Origin: an uncultured Alphaproteobacteria bacterium
GTDB lineage: Bacteria; Pseudomonadota; Alphaproteobacteria; Rhizobiales; Xanthobacteraceae
Assembly: GCA_963717905.1 (NCBI GenBank)
Contig: CAVQXM010000003.1
Span: 41,790 to 105,789, forward strand
Reading direction: 5' to 3'
DNA length: 64,000 bases
This document shows, piece by piece, positions 12,171 to 24,809 of this stretch (position 1 is its first letter; every line of letters starts with the position of its first letter). Both the position numbers and the translations under genes were made by a program. The notes below the pieces were generated by a model that was given only the letters and a program-made list of their open reading frames with translations, was not told the DNA's origin and made no database searches.

Positions 12171-13340
12171 TTGACCCAAAATCGTATCTATCTGGATTGG
12201 AACGCGACCACGCCGCTGCGCGTGGAGGCGCGGGATGCGCTCGTCGCAGCGCTGGACGTGGTGGGTAATCCGTCGTCGGTGCACGGCGACGGCCGCAAGG
12301 CGCGCCGCCTGATGGAGGATGCCCGGCAGGTTCTGGCGCAGGCGCTGGACGCCGACCCCCGCAACGTCGTGTTCACTTCTGGTGGCACCGAGGCCAACGT
12401 CCTGGCTTTGTCGCCCGAACTCAAGGCGCGCTCAGGTAACCCTGTTACTCGTCTGCTGGTTTCAGCCGTGGAACACGCGTCGGTCCTCGCAGGCGGGCGG
12501 TTCGCGCCGGATGCGATCGAGACCGTCAACGTCACGTCGGATGGCGTGGTCGATCTGGCGCATCTGGAGCGATTGCTGACGGACCCGCGACCGACCGTTC
12601 TGTCGCTGATGGCCGCCAACAATGAAACCGGCGCGATCCAGCCCGTTGCCGAAGCGGCCGCATTGGTCCACGCCGCCGGCGGGCTCCTGCACGTCGACGC
12701 CGTGCAGGCGTTCGGCAAAATTCCGATCAGCATCAAGGCATTGCAAGCGGATCTGGTATCTGTTTCTGCACATAAGATTGGCGGGCCGAAAGGCGTCGGA
12801 GCCCTCGTCTATGCTGATAGTGGAACCGCGCTGGGTGCGCTGATCTCTGGCGGGGGGCAGGAGCAAGGCCGCCGCGCCGGCACCGAGAACGTTCCAGGCA
12901 TCGCGGCCTTCGGGGCGGCGGTCAAAGCTGCCGTTGCCGGACTGGCGGCGGAGCGGCCCCGGGTGCAGGAACTCCGTGATCTCCTTGCAGACGGGCTGAA
13001 AGCGACGCCCGGCCTGGTCGTATTTGCCGACACATTGCCACGTTTACCAAATACAGTGCTGTTTGCAGTTCCGGGGCTGTCATCCGAGACCGTCGTAATC
13101 AGCTTTGATCTGGCGGGTATCTCGGTAGCCTCAGGGTCAGCGTGCTCATCCGGTAAAGTGAAACCGTCGCATGTGCTGGTTGCCATGGGCTTTCCCGAGG
13201 AACTGTCGAAATCAGGTATTCGCCTGAGTTTGGGCTGGTTATCGACCAAAGAAGACGTTGTGCGCTGTCTTGAGGCTTGGCGAAAGCTCTCGGGTACACT
13301 ACTTAAGCATAGCGACGAAACACTGCTTGAACGGTTCTAA
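12171..13340 (+). CDS. Cysteine desulfurase, IscS/NifS-like
   Basis: YLDWNATTP, SAHKIGGPKG, SGSACSSG motifs. Confidence 0.93.
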   Translation: MTQNRIYLDWNATTPLRVEARDALVAALDVVGNPSSVHGDGRKARRLMEDARQVLAQALDADPRNVVFTSGGTEANVLALSPELKARSGNPVTRLLVSAVEHASVLAGGRFAPDAIETVNVTSDGVVDLAHLERLLTDPRPTVLSLMAANNETGAIQPVAEAAALVHAAGGLLHVDAVQAFGKIPISIKALQADLVSVSAHKIGGPKGVGALVYADSGTALGALISGGGQEQGRRAGTENVPGIAAFGAAVKAAVAGLAAERPRVQELRDLLADGLKATPGLVVFADTLPRLPNTVLFAVPGLSSETVVISFDLAGISVASGSACSSGKVKPSHVLVAMGFPEELSKSGIRLSLGWLSTKEDVVRCLEAWRKLSGTLLKHSDETLLERF

Positions 13341-13341
13341 G
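13325..13341. promoter_or_regulatory. Irr-binding ICE-like box upstream of sufB
   Basis: GCTTGAACGGTTCTAAG matches 13/17 positions of TTTRGAAYNRTTCYAAA. Confidence 0.5.
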
Positions 13342-13421
13342 GCAGACGATTTCGCACTAGAACACCATTAAGCATCGAAATAGGTCCACCGCGGTCCTTG
13401 AAACCGCGAGCGGAGGTTGGA

Positions 13422-14897
<1,476 letters not shown>

Positions 14898-15069
14898 TTC
14901 GCGTCAGCTTCCGGAGCGACGGACACTTCGGAAGCTTCATGCGTCATCGCCTCGGCGGTGTCGCCAAGTTTCACAGACACATTCCGCGAGGCTCGCATCC
15001 ATGCGGCTCGCAGCGCCAGACATCTCAGGGTGCGCGTAGGGAATGACGATAAAAAGGACGTAGGATAAA

Positions 15070-15825
15070 ATGGCATTGCTCGAAGTCAAAGATCTTCAGG
15101 TTCGCGTTGAAGAGCGAGAGATCCTTCATGGGCTGAACCTCACGGTCAATGCTGGCGAGGTCCACGCGATCATGGGGCCGAACGGCTCGGGTAAGTCGAC
15201 CCTCAGCCATGTCATCGCCGGCAAGCCGGGCTATGAAGTGACCGGCGGCCAGATCCTGTTCAAGGGCGAGGACGTGCTGGAGATGGACCCGGAAGTCCGC
15301 GCTGCAAAGGGCGTCTTCCTGGCATTCCAGTATCCGGTCGAAATTCCCGGCGTGACGACAATGAACTTCCTGCGCACCGCCTATAATGCGCAGCGCAAGG
15401 CGCGTGGCGAAGAAGAAATGCTCGCGCCCGACTTTCTGAAGAAGGTGCGCGAAGTTTCCGCGTCGCTCAACATCCCGACCGAGATGCTTCGGCGCGGCGT
15501 CAACGTCGGCTTCTCCGGCGGCGAAAAGAAGCGCAACGAAGTGCTTCAGATGGCGCTGTTCGAGCCGAGCCTCTGCATCCTCGATGAAATGGATTCAGGT
15601 CTCGACATCGACGCGCTGCGGATCGCAGCTGACGGCGTCAATGCCCTGCGTTCGCCCGAGCGCGCGATGGTCGTGATCACGCACTATCAGCGCCTGTTGA
15701 ATTACATCGTGCCAGATTTCGTCCACGTGATGTCGAAGGGCCGGGTTGTGAAGAGCGGAGACAAGGATCTCGCTCTCGAGCTCGAAGCTACCGGATACGC
15801 ACAGTACGAGGACGTGGCAGCCTGA
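15070..15825 (+). CDS. sufC: Fe-S assembly ABC ATPase SufC
   Basis: GPNGSGKST and FSGGEKKRNE. Confidence 0.98.
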   Translation: MALLEVKDLQVRVEEREILHGLNLTVNAGEVHAIMGPNGSGKSTLSHVIAGKPGYEVTGGQILFKGEDVLEMDPEVRAAKGVFLAFQYPVEIPGVTTMNFLRTAYNAQRKARGEEEMLAPDFLKKVREVSASLNIPTEMLRRGVNVGFSGGEKKRNEVLQMALFEPSLCILDEMDSGLDIDALRIAADGVNALRSPERAMVVITHYQRLLNYIVPDFVHVMSKGRVVKSGDKDLALELEATGYAQYEDVAA

Positions 15826-15854
15826 CCTGAACGGTCGCCGGAACGGATATTGAG

Positions 15855-17182
15855 ATGAACGTTGCATTAGCAAAAGTAGAAACGAGCCGGGCGCTGAGCG
15901 AGGCCTTCGCGGTTGCGCGTGCGCGGCTCCCTGGCGCTGGCGCGATCGCCGAGCGTCGACAGCAAGCCCTTGATGCATTCGAGACTGCGGGCCTGCCGCA
16001 TCGCCGTGTCGAGGAGTGGAAGTACACTGATCTGCGGTCGCGGATGAAGGACGTCCTGCCGCTGGCGGCTGCGCCTGATCAGGCGGCCATCGCCCGCGCC
16101 AAGTCGGCTATCGCCGCGAAGTCCCTCGAGGGTACGCGCCGGCTCGTGCTGGTTGACGGTGTGTTCGTTGCTGAACTGTCCGATACAGCAGACCTCGAAC
16201 CGGGACTGACCATCACGACGCTGCAGGCAGCGCTCGAGTTCGGACGATACCGGGCTTCACGAGCAGATCTTCGCCATGAACTCGAACGACGCCATGGTCG
16301 CGCTGAACGGCGCGATGATGACCGATGGCGTTGTGGTCACTGTCAGCAACGGAACAATTCTGAGCAAGCCGATCAATCTTGTTCATGTGACGAGCCAGAT
16401 TCAACCGGCGGCATCGATCACACGTTCGGTGGTTCGTATCGGCAACCGCGCCAGCGCGACGGTGGTCGAGTCGTTCATCGCTGCGGACGGCGTCGGCCTG
16501 TATCAAAAGTTCGACGCGACCATTCTGCTGATTGGCGACGAGGCTCAGCTCGAGCATCTTCGTTTTGTTGAGGACAGCCGCGAGGCGTTCAACATCTCGT
16601 CGTCCTTCGTCAAGCTGGGCACGCGATCGAACTTCAACACCTTCGGGCTGGTCACCGGCGGGGCGCTGAGCCGCTATCAGGCTGTGCTGGAGATGGCTGG
16701 TCAGCATTCGAAGGCAGCAACCAACGGCGTCAACCTGCTCAATGGCAATCAGCACGCCGACACCACGCTGTTCCTCGATCACGCTGTGCCGAACTGCGAA
16801 AGCCACGAGATCTTCCGCGCTGTCGTTGACGACCGCTCACACTCGGTGTTCCAGGGCCGCATTATTGTGCGCCCGGATGCGCAGAAGACCGACGCCAAGA
16901 TGATGACGCGGGCGCTATTGCTGTCAGACGAAGCGTCTGCCGACAATGAAGCCCGAGCTTGAGATCTTCGCTGATGACGTGACCTGCGGTCACGGCGCCA
17001 CGGTTGGCGCGCTCGATGACAGCCTGCTGTTCTATCTGCGCGCACGCGGTCTCCCCGAAGTGGACGCTCAGGCGCTGCTGATTCAGGCTTTCGTCGGTGA
17101 GGCGATTGAATCGATCGTCGACGATACGCTGCGTGATTACGCTATCGATGCGGCATCACGCTGGCTGGACGCACGCAAATGA
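15855..17182 (+). CDS. sufD: SufD; two apparent frameshifts (~16239, ~16948)
   Basis: Three overlapping ORFs carry EEWKYTDL, VFQGRIIV...QKTDA and KPELEIFADDVTCGHGAT. Confidence 0.92.
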
Positions 17183-18426
17183 TCCAGCATCCGGCCGTTA
17201 CTGCGGATGGTTATGACGTTCATCGTGTGCGCGAGGATTTCCCCGCGCTCGCGATGAAGGTCTACGACAAGCCGCTGGTTTACCTCGACAACGCTGCGTC
17301 GGCGCAGAAGCCGCTCGCGGTGCTTGACCGGATGACCGAGGCCTATCGGTCGGAATACGCCAACGTCCATCGCGGGCTGCATTATCTCGCGAATGCGGCG
17401 ACGGAAGCTTACGAAGGCGGCCGCCAACGCGTGGCTGCTTTCGTCAACGCCAATCGCGATGAAGAGATCATCTTCGCGCGCAACGCGACTGAGGCGCTGA
17501 ACCTCGTTGCAGCGTCATGGGGTGGTGGCAACATCAAGGAGGGCGATGAGATCGTCCTCTCGATCATGGAGCATCATTCCAACATCGTGCCGTGGCATTT
17601 CCTGCGCGAACGGCACGGCGCGGTGATCAAATGGGCGCCGGTTGATGACGAAGGCAACTTCCTCATCGATGAGTTCGAGAAGCTGCTGACGGCGCGCACC
17701 AAGATCGTTGCGATCACGCATATGTCGAATACGCTTGGCACCGTCGTCCCGATCAAGGACGTGGTCAAGCTGGCCCATGCGCGCGGCATTCCGGTGCTGG
17801 TGGATGGCAGCCAGGCTGCGGTTCACATGCCGATCGACGTGCAGGACCTCGGCTGCGACTTCTACATCTTCACCGGTCACAAGTTGTACGGCCCGACCGG
17901 GATCGGCGTGCTGTGGGGCAAGTATGATCTGCTCGCCAACATGCGGCCGTTCAACGGCGGCGGCGAGATGATCCGCGAAGTGACGCAGGATATGGTGACC
18001 TATGGTGAGCCGCCGCATCGCTTCGAGGCGGGCACCCCCGCGATTGTCGAAGCTGTCGGGCTGGGCGCGGCGATCGACTATGTCAATTCGATCGGCAAGG
18101 AGCGCATCGCAGCGCATGAGCATGACCTGTTGCAGTATGCCGAACAGCGCTTGCGCGAGATCAACTCGATCAAGCTGATCGGGCAGGCGCGGAACAAGGG
18201 GCCGGTCATCTCTTTCACGATGGACGGTGCGCATCCGCACGACATCGCGACGGTCATCGACCGTTCAGGTATTGCGGTACGAGCCGGAACGCACTGCGTG
18301 ATGCCGCTTCTCGAACGATTCAACGTGACAGCGACGTGTCGCGCCTCGTTTGGGATGTATAATACGCGTGAAGAAGTCGATACATTGGTTGAAGCATTGA
18401 TCAAGGCACGGGACCTGTTTTCATGA
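17179..18426 (+). CDS. sufS: Cysteine desulfurase SufS
   Basis: YLDNAASAQKP, TGHKLYGPTG, RAGTHC. Confidence 0.97.
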   Translation: MIQHPAVTADGYDVHRVREDFPALAMKVYDKPLVYLDNAASAQKPLAVLDRMTEAYRSEYANVHRGLHYLANAATEAYEGGRQRVAAFVNANRDEEIIFARNATEALNLVAASWGGGNIKEGDEIVLSIMEHHSNIVPWHFLRERHGAVIKWAPVDDEGNFLIDEFEKLLTARTKIVAITHMSNTLGTVVPIKDVVKLAHARGIPVLVDGSQAAVHMPIDVQDLGCDFYIFTGHKLYGPTGIGVLWGKYDLLANMRPFNGGGEMIREVTQDMVTYGEPPHRFEAGTPAIVEAVGLGAAIDYVNSIGKERIAAHEHDLLQYAEQRLREINSIKLIGQARNKGPVISFTMDGAHPHDIATVIDRSGIAVRAGTHCVMPLLERFNVTATCRASFGMYNTREEVDTLVEALIKARDLFS

Positions 18427-18794
18427 CCGAAGCAATGGACGTGAAAGAAGCGAACATGGCGACTGTCTCGGCTCTTCCGCCGGAAGAAACCGAGCGTCTC
18501 GGCACCGAGATCGTGGCCGCCTTGAAAACGGTGTTCGATCCGGAAATCCCGGCGGACATTTATGAGCTCGGGTTGATCTACAGGGTGGACATCAAGGATG
18601 ACCGCTCCGTCGATATCGACATGACGCTTACGACGCCAAACTGCCCCGCCGCCGGCGAACTGCCGATCATGGTGGAGAATGCCGTCGCCAGCGTGGCGGG
18701 TATCGGTGTTGTCAATGTCGCCGTGGTGTGGGATCCGATCTGGACGCCGGATCGCATGAGCGATGAAGCCCGGCTCGTCCTGAATATGTGGTGA
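18423..18794 (+). CDS. sufT: SufT/DUF59 Fe-S assembly protein
   Basis: DPEIP...IYELGL, MTLTTPNCP. Confidence 0.9.
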   Translation: MTEAMDVKEANMATVSALPPEETERLGTEIVAALKTVFDPEIPADIYELGLIYRVDIKDDRSVDIDMTLTTPNCPAAGELPIMVENAVASVAGIGVVNVAVVWDPIWTPDRMSDEARLVLNMW

Positions 18795-18872
18795 TGCGGC
18801 GCTGAACTCTTTCAGCGTCTCGCCGTTCTATTGATGCGACGACGGCGGATGATGATCCGTGAGGTTGGACAA

Positions 18873-19280
18873 ATGTCAGACTTGCAAAATCCATCGATTG
18901 CCCCAGCTTCGAAGCCGAAGGTGCGGCCACGCCCCCAGGTGGTTCGCCTGACAGACGCGGCTGCGGCGCGTGTATCGGAACTGATGGGCCGGACCGATTC
19001 CGAGATCGTCGGCCTGCGCGTCGGCATCAAGAATGGTGGCTGCGCTGGTCAATCCTACACTGTCGAATACGCGCATGAGATCCGTCCGACCGATGAGGTG
19101 ATCGAGGACAAGGGCGTCCGCGTGTTGATCGATCCCAAGGCGGTGCTGTTTCTGCTCGGCACCGAAATGGACTACAAGGTCGATCGGATGACGGCCCAGT
19201 TCGTCTTCAATAATCCCAATCAGCTGTCAGCCTGCGGCTGTGGCGAGTCGGTGCAGCTTACGCCCGCCAAGCCCGACTGA
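18873..19280 (+). CDS. sufA: A-type Fe-S carrier
   Basis: GGCAG and CGCGES motifs. Confidence 0.92.
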   Translation: MSDLQNPSIAPASKPKVRPRPQVVRLTDAAAARVSELMGRTDSEIVGLRVGIKNGGCAGQSYTVEYAHEIRPTDEVIEDKGVRVLIDPKAVLFLLGTEMDYKVDRMTAQFVFNNPNQLSACGCGESVQLTPAKPD

Positions 19281-19289
19281 TCCGGTCCC

Positions 19290-19316
19290 CTGCGATGGAT
19301 GTCGTTCCATCGCAGT
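19290..19316. terminator. Hairpin between sufA and the convergent GGDEF gene
   Basis: CTGCGATGGA...TCCATCGCAG inverted repeat. Confidence 0.55.
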
Positions 19317-19334
19317 TATGCGTGCGTCCGCACA

Positions 19335-20402
19335 TCAGGCGACCTGAACCTGGACTTGCGTGACATACTCCGGGTCGATCTCGCTGATCACCCGGTTTCG
19401 ACCATTGCGCTTTGCCGCATAGAGGCATGCGTCAGCGCGCCCGATCAGGGCGTCGGGGTCATCAGTCTCTTTCAGGGTTGCAACGCCGATTGAAATCGTG
19501 ACGCGGCCCAGGATTTCGCCGGTCGATTTCTTCTTCAATTCCTTGGCCATGATCGCGCGGCGGATGTTGTCCGCCACGGTGAGGGCATGCCGCAACGCCG
19601 TGTTGGGTAGAACCACGGCGAATTCCTCACCGCCAAAGCGGGCCGTGATGTCCTGGCCCTTGATCATCTGCCGAAGCGTTAGTCCGACGAGGCGCAGGAT
19701 CTGGTCACCCGTGAGGTGGCCGAAGTTGTCGTTGAAGGTTTTGAAGTAGTCGATATCCAGCATCAGCAGGCAAAGCTGCGTCTCGCTCTGCTGAGCTTCT
19801 TCAATCGAAGCGGCAAGCGCCTGGTCGAAGTGCTTGCGATTGCTCAGGCCGGTGAGCGGATCCGTCAGACTCTCCGCACGTATTGCTTCAAGGCTATCCT
19901 GCAGATTGCCGATCTCGAACTTTGATGAGTTCAGCCGCTCCTCGAGCGCACGATTGCTGGCCACCGCTTCGCGCGTGGAGGCGAGGAGCTGCTCGACGAC
20001 GGCCATGATGCGTTCGTCTTTGGAGAGGGCTTGCAGGGTGGATGTGGCGCTGACCAGACTTTCGTTGAACAGCACCGATATGCCGAGCGCGTCCTTGATC
20101 AACTGCATCACCGCTTCGATTTCACTGATGACGCGCGCACCGATCTTGTCGATGCGATCGGTCGTTCGCACGCGTGACAGATAGGTGTCGTAGATCAGCT
20201 CGAGATCAGTTTCTGACAGACGCCCGTTACGTTGGAGGGTCTCATTCAGCACGCTGTTGAGTGCTGAATTATAGCCCGTCGCATAGACGTACCAAATCTC
20301 GTAGTTGCGCGGAATGGCGCTTTGACGAAGAGACCTGATTTGACCGAGCGCAACATCAGCAAATGCCAACGTGCGCTCATCCTCGCTTGAGATAGCGTTC
20401 AC
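19335..20402 (-). CDS. Diguanylate cyclase with N-terminal helical domain
   Basis: DPLTGL, DIDYFK, RFGGEEF motifs; GTG start assumed. Confidence 0.93.
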   Translation of the reverse strand: MNAISSEDERTLAFADVALGQIRSLRQSAIPRNYEIWYVYATGYNSALNSVLNETLQRNGRLSETDLELIYDTYLSRVRTTDRIDKIGARVISEIEAVMQLIKDALGISVLFNESLVSATSTLQALSKDERIMAVVEQLLASTREAVASNRALEERLNSSKFEIGNLQDSLEAIRAESLTDPLTGLSNRKHFDQALAASIEEAQQSETQLCLLMLDIDYFKTFNDNFGHLTGDQILRLVGLTLRQMIKGQDITARFGGEEFAVVLPNTALRHALTVADNIRRAIMAKELKKKSTGEILGRVTISIGVATLKETDDPDALIGRADACLYAAKRNGRNRVISEIDPEYVTQVQVQVA

Positions 20403-20540
20403 GGTCGCCCCCAGGATGATCAGTTGCACTGGATCATCGAAAATGAACTGGTAGTTGCAATAATGCGAAACACTACCGGGGGAAAGGTGAACCAGTGGTA
20501 AATAACTGTCGAAGTTCGACAGTTATTTATCGAGTGATAG

Positions 20541-22125
20541 TTAGTTGGCGCGAGCGCGGATTGGCCGCAGCAGGAAGGCCGGCAGGTGTGAATGATCTGC
20601 TGGTTCGAGATCCTTCTCGCGGATCGGGCGTGGCGCCTGCAAGCGACCAATTGATGGCGGGCGCTGCGTCGTGCTGCCATTGTCACGGCCGTTCGGGGAC
20701 GGCGCATGAGCCCGCTTGTCGCGATTGGGCGTCGCGTTACGGCGGGGCTTGGGCTCCACGATCACGTCGACATCGCTTTCAACGCGAGCTGCCCGCTCGG
20801 CGCGTGGCTCACGCTCGGCGCGCGGTTCACGCTCAACCCGCGGTTGCGCGCTCCGGGCGGCTTTCGTGTTCGCCTTCGGCGCGTGCAGGCTTGCGTTCGC
20901 GGCCAGGCTTGCCTTCCGCCGAACGACTGCGCGGCGACTTGCGACGACGCGCTCCCGAAGCCTCTGAGCTGTCGGATTCGATCGACGGGTCCGGCAGCGC
21001 GATATCGCATTCGCCGACCGGGATCGGCTGGCCGATCAGCTTCTCGATGGCCTGCATCGATTTCTGGTCAGACGGGGCGACGAGGGTGATTGCGGTGCCG
21101 GTGCGGCCGGCGCGCCCGGTGCGGCCAATCCGGTGAACATAGTCATCGGGGTGATGCGGGGCGTCGAAGTTGAAGACGTGGCTGACGGCCGGAATGTCGA
21201 GGCCGCGCGCTGCGACGTCGGAGGCGACCAGGATCGGCAATTCGCCGGTCCGGAATTGCTCAAGGGCGGCCATGCGGGCGGACTGGTCCATGTCGCCATG
21301 GAGTGCTGCAACCTTGAAGCCGTGCTTCTCGAGCGAACGCGCCAACTGGGCGACGTCCCGTTTGCGATTGCAGAAGATGATAGCGTTGTTGAGGTCAGTG
21401 GCCGCGCGGATCAGCGAGCGCAGCGCTTCGCGCTTCTGGTAGCTCTCGCGGCCAACGGCGACCTGCGACTGGGTCACGGTGACGGCTGTCGACGCCGGCT
21501 TTGATACTTCGACCTTGACCGGATTGTGCAGGAAGGTTTCGGTGATGCGACGGATCTCGTTCGGCATCGTCGCTGTGAAGAACAGCGTCTGGCGGGTGAA
21601 GGGGACCAGCTTGCAGATGCGCTCGATGTCAGGGATGAAGCCCATGTCCAGCATGCGGTCGGCTTCGTCGATGATCAGCATCTCAACGCCCGTCAGCAGC
21701 AGGCCGCCGCGCTCGGTGTGGTCGAGCAGGCGACCGGGCGTTGCTATCAGTACGTCAACACCACGGGTCAGTTTGACGTCCTGATCGCCGAACGACACAC
21801 CGCCGATCAGCAGGGCGACGTTGAGCTTTTGGCCAACGCCGTATTTATCGAATTGTTCTTTGACCTGAGCTGCGAGTTCGCGGGTCGGCTCGAGAATGAG
21901 CGTGCGCGGCATACGCGCGCGGGCCCGACCTTTTTCGAGCAGGGTCATCATTGGCAGCACGAAGGCCGCCGTTTTTCCGGTGCCCGTTTGGGCTATGCCA
22001 AGAACGTCGCGACGTGCCAGAACGTGCGGAATAGCCTGTTCCTGGATCGGCGTCGGGCTAGTGTAGCCGGTCGCCGCTACGGCGGCGAGCACCTTTTCGG
22101 ACAAACCAAGATTAGAGAAGGACAT
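20541..22125 (-). CDS. DEAD-box RNA helicase (RhlE-like); frameshift near 20850-20880 in the C-terminal tail
   Basis: AQTGTGKT, PTRELA, DEAD, HRIGRTGRAG; the tail continues in another frame to ...HLPAFLLRPIRARAN (ORF 20541..20765). Confidence 0.92.
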
Positions 22126-22534
22126 TGAGCCTCTGGACGAAACCGCCGCTAGGATTCTCGGAATAACTGCTGCGACCCTCTCCGGAGCGGCACACTCAAT
22201 GGCACGGAGGGCTTAATGCGCAGGCAGGCGGCTTACTCGACATATCGCGTTTCGATACCGGGCCGCGTCAAGCCGGAACATAAGGTTGAATTGGCCAAAG
22301 TCAATGCAACAACGGTGATTTTGCCCCGGAAACCGACCGATTTTAGCGGGATTGATGCTCAAAACTAGCAGATGTTACCCGAATTGACGCGATTTTCGCA
22401 TCTGTTAGCAGGCGGGGTATCCCGGCAGCGCTCCCGCCGGGCGTCAGTAGAGCCGACTCACCTGCAATTAAATCAATTTACCATGGATTGCTTCTGAATG
22501 AGCCGAGGCATGTACCCGGGAGTTGATTTGTCGT

Positions 22535-23302
22535 TCAGCCGACGATTGAAAATCCCCCGTCAACGGTGAGCGCCGATCCGGTGACAAAATCTGCGGCGGC
22601 GCTCGAGAGGAATACGGCAGCCCCGGCGAGATCCGCGGGCGCGCCCCAGCGTTTGGCTGGCGTGCGCGTCACCACCCGTTCGTCAAGATCAGCCCGCTTC
22701 TCGCGTGCGTGCCGGGTGAGGTCGGTATCAATCCAGCCCGGTAAAATTGCGTTGACCTGGATGTTGTCATCGGCCCATGCCATCGCCAGAGAGCGGGTCA
22801 ACTGTAGTACGCCGCCTTTGCTAGCTGCGTAGTTGGCGGCGCCAGCCGAACCAAGCGTCGCGAGCACCGAAGCAATATTGATGATCTTGCCGCCACCCTG
22901 CGCCTTCATCAGCGGGTATACTGCCTGCGCACACAGAAACGGCGCGGTGAGGTTAACGTCGAGCACTTTCTGCCAGTCAGCAAGCGCCATATCCTGCGGT
23001 GGTGCGGACAGGCTGACGCCGGCGTTGTTGACGAGTATATCAAGTCGACCGAAACGGCCCATTGCCTCTGCTATCATGGCTGCAATGGAGTCCGGGCGCG
23101 TCACATCGGCGGTGATCGTCTGCACCGCCTGGCCTGTGGGGGCCAGGGCCTTGAGCGCCGCGTCCGCGCTATCGCCATTGCGATCGGCAAGCACGATGGA
23201 CGCACCGGCCGCAGCCAGGCCGCGCGCCATGCCCAGTCCCAGTCCTGTATTGCCGCCGGTGACGAGTGCTACTCTTCCGCTCAGGCTGAATGGTGAGGTC
23301 AT
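22535..23302 (-). CDS. SDR oxidoreductase (KduD/gluconate dehydrogenase-like)
   Basis: TGGNTGLG, NNAG, YAASK. Confidence 0.92.
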   Translation of the reverse strand: MTSPFSLSGRVALVTGGNTGLGLGMARGLAAAGASIVLADRNGDSADAALKALAPTGQAVQTITADVTRPDSIAAMIAEAMGRFGRLDILVNNAGVSLSAPPQDMALADWQKVLDVNLTAPFLCAQAVYPLMKAQGGGKIINIASVLATLGSAGAANYAASKGGVLQLTRSLAMAWADDNIQVNAILPGWIDTDLTRHAREKRADLDERVVTRTPAKRWGAPADLAGAAVFLSSAAADFVTGSALTVDGGFSIVG

Positions 23303-23535
23303 GTTGATTTCCTGTCTGCCGTGAACCGGCATGTGATTGAAATGCGTTCCCGTATCCACAATGGTAACCTATACTGCTCTGCGTCGCGTTGAAGATACAA
23401 GTTGCATCGCAATGCAAACTTGCTTGTTTCAGCGCGGTAGCGGCCCATGCGTACCGGATGCCTTGGTTGAGGCGCTTGTGACTGTCGGTCGGATACGTCT
23501 CTCCATGACATCATGATCACGCGGGGATTGCTCAA

Positions 23536-24780
23536 ATGACGTCACAAGTCATGCCGGAACTGCACGATGTCCGCCAACTCAATGTACGCTGCTGCATCGT
23601 TGGCGGCGGCCCAGCGGGCTTGATGCTTGGGTATCTGCTTGGCCGTGCTGGCGTCGACACGCTCGTTCTCGAAAAGCACGTCGATTTCATTCGCGACTTC
23701 CGCGGTGATACCGTTCATCCATCCACGATGCAGATCATGCATGAATTAGGATTGCTCGACGAGTTTCTGACGTTGCCGCATCAGCGTGTCACTGCAGTGC
23801 GCGGCCAGTTTGACGACAGGATCTTGCGCGTTGCCGATTTTACGAAGTTGAATACATCGGCGCCCTTCATCGCCTTCATGCCGCAGTGGGAATTCCTGAA
23901 TTTTCTTGCACGCAAGAGCGAAGCCTTCGCCTGTCTGGCGCTGCGCCGACAAACCGAAGTGATCGATCTGCTCTACGAGGAGGGCCGGGTGTGCGGCGTC
24001 GTGGCGCGCGACAATGCGGGTGAGCTTCGGGTCAATGCTGATCTGGTGGTTGGTTGCGACGGTCGACATTCAATTACCCGGTTGCGATCGCAACTCCCCG
24101 TCGAGGATATCGGCGCGCCGATCGATGTATTGTGGTTTCGGGTCAGCAAGGGTGAAGAGGCTGAGGAGCCGGCGCTGCTTCATGTCCGAAACGGTCGGAT
24201 GCTGGTTACGATCGATCGCGGCGAGTATTGGCAATGCGCCTACGTCATCGCCAAGGGGCAGACAGCTGCGGTGAAGGAGCGTGGACTGGCCGCATTCCGA
24301 GACGACGTCGCAGACATGATGCCGGTGCTTGTAAAGCATATCGGGGACGTAGCGAGTTGGGATGACGTGAAGCTGTTGACGGTGACCATCGATCGGCTCC
24401 GGAAATGGTCGGCGCCGGGCTTGCTATGTATCGGCGATGCAGCCCACGCGATGTCGCCTGTTGGCGGCGTTGGCGTCAACCTTGCGATTCAGGATGCCGT
24501 CGCGACCGCCAATCTGCTGGCAGCAAAGCTCGCCCGCGGTGCTGTATCCGCAGCAGATCTCGAACGGATACAGCAACGGCGTTTAATGCCTGCCCGGATC
24601 ATACAGGCGATCCAGGTGCAGGTTCAGGACAACGTCATCAAGCCGGCCCTCGCGGGCGGTTCGTTCAGCCCGCCGTTGTTGCTGAGGCTGTTCGATGCCG
24701 TGCCGTGGCTGCGCGGAATTTCCGCGCGTGTACTCGGTCTCGGCATCCGCCCCGAGCATGTGCAATCGCCACGGGCTTAG
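23536..24780 (+). CDS. FAD-dependent oxidoreductase/monooxygenase
   Basis: GGGPAG, GCDG, GDAAHAMSPVGGVG. Confidence 0.92.
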   Translation: MTSQVMPELHDVRQLNVRCCIVGGGPAGLMLGYLLGRAGVDTLVLEKHVDFIRDFRGDTVHPSTMQIMHELGLLDEFLTLPHQRVTAVRGQFDDRILRVADFTKLNTSAPFIAFMPQWEFLNFLARKSEAFACLALRRQTEVIDLLYEEGRVCGVVARDNAGELRVNADLVVGCDGRHSITRLRSQLPVEDIGAPIDVLWFRVSKGEEAEEPALLHVRNGRMLVTIDRGEYWQCAYVIAKGQTAAVKERGLAAFRDDVADMMPVLVKHIGDVASWDDVKLLTVTIDRLRKWSAPGLLCIGDAAHAMSPVGGVGVNLAIQDAVATANLLAAKLARGAVSAADLERIQQRRLMPARIIQAIQVQVQDNVIKPALAGGSFSPPLLLRLFDAVPWLRGISARVLGLGIRPEHVQSPRA

Positions 24781-24809
24781 GTGCTCAGCGGCAGTGCTCG
24801 ACCCACACT

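Noticed and set aside
15855-17182. Programmed frameshifting in sufD, hom or csp
   Set aside because: No slippery sites, and similar indels occur throughout the window.
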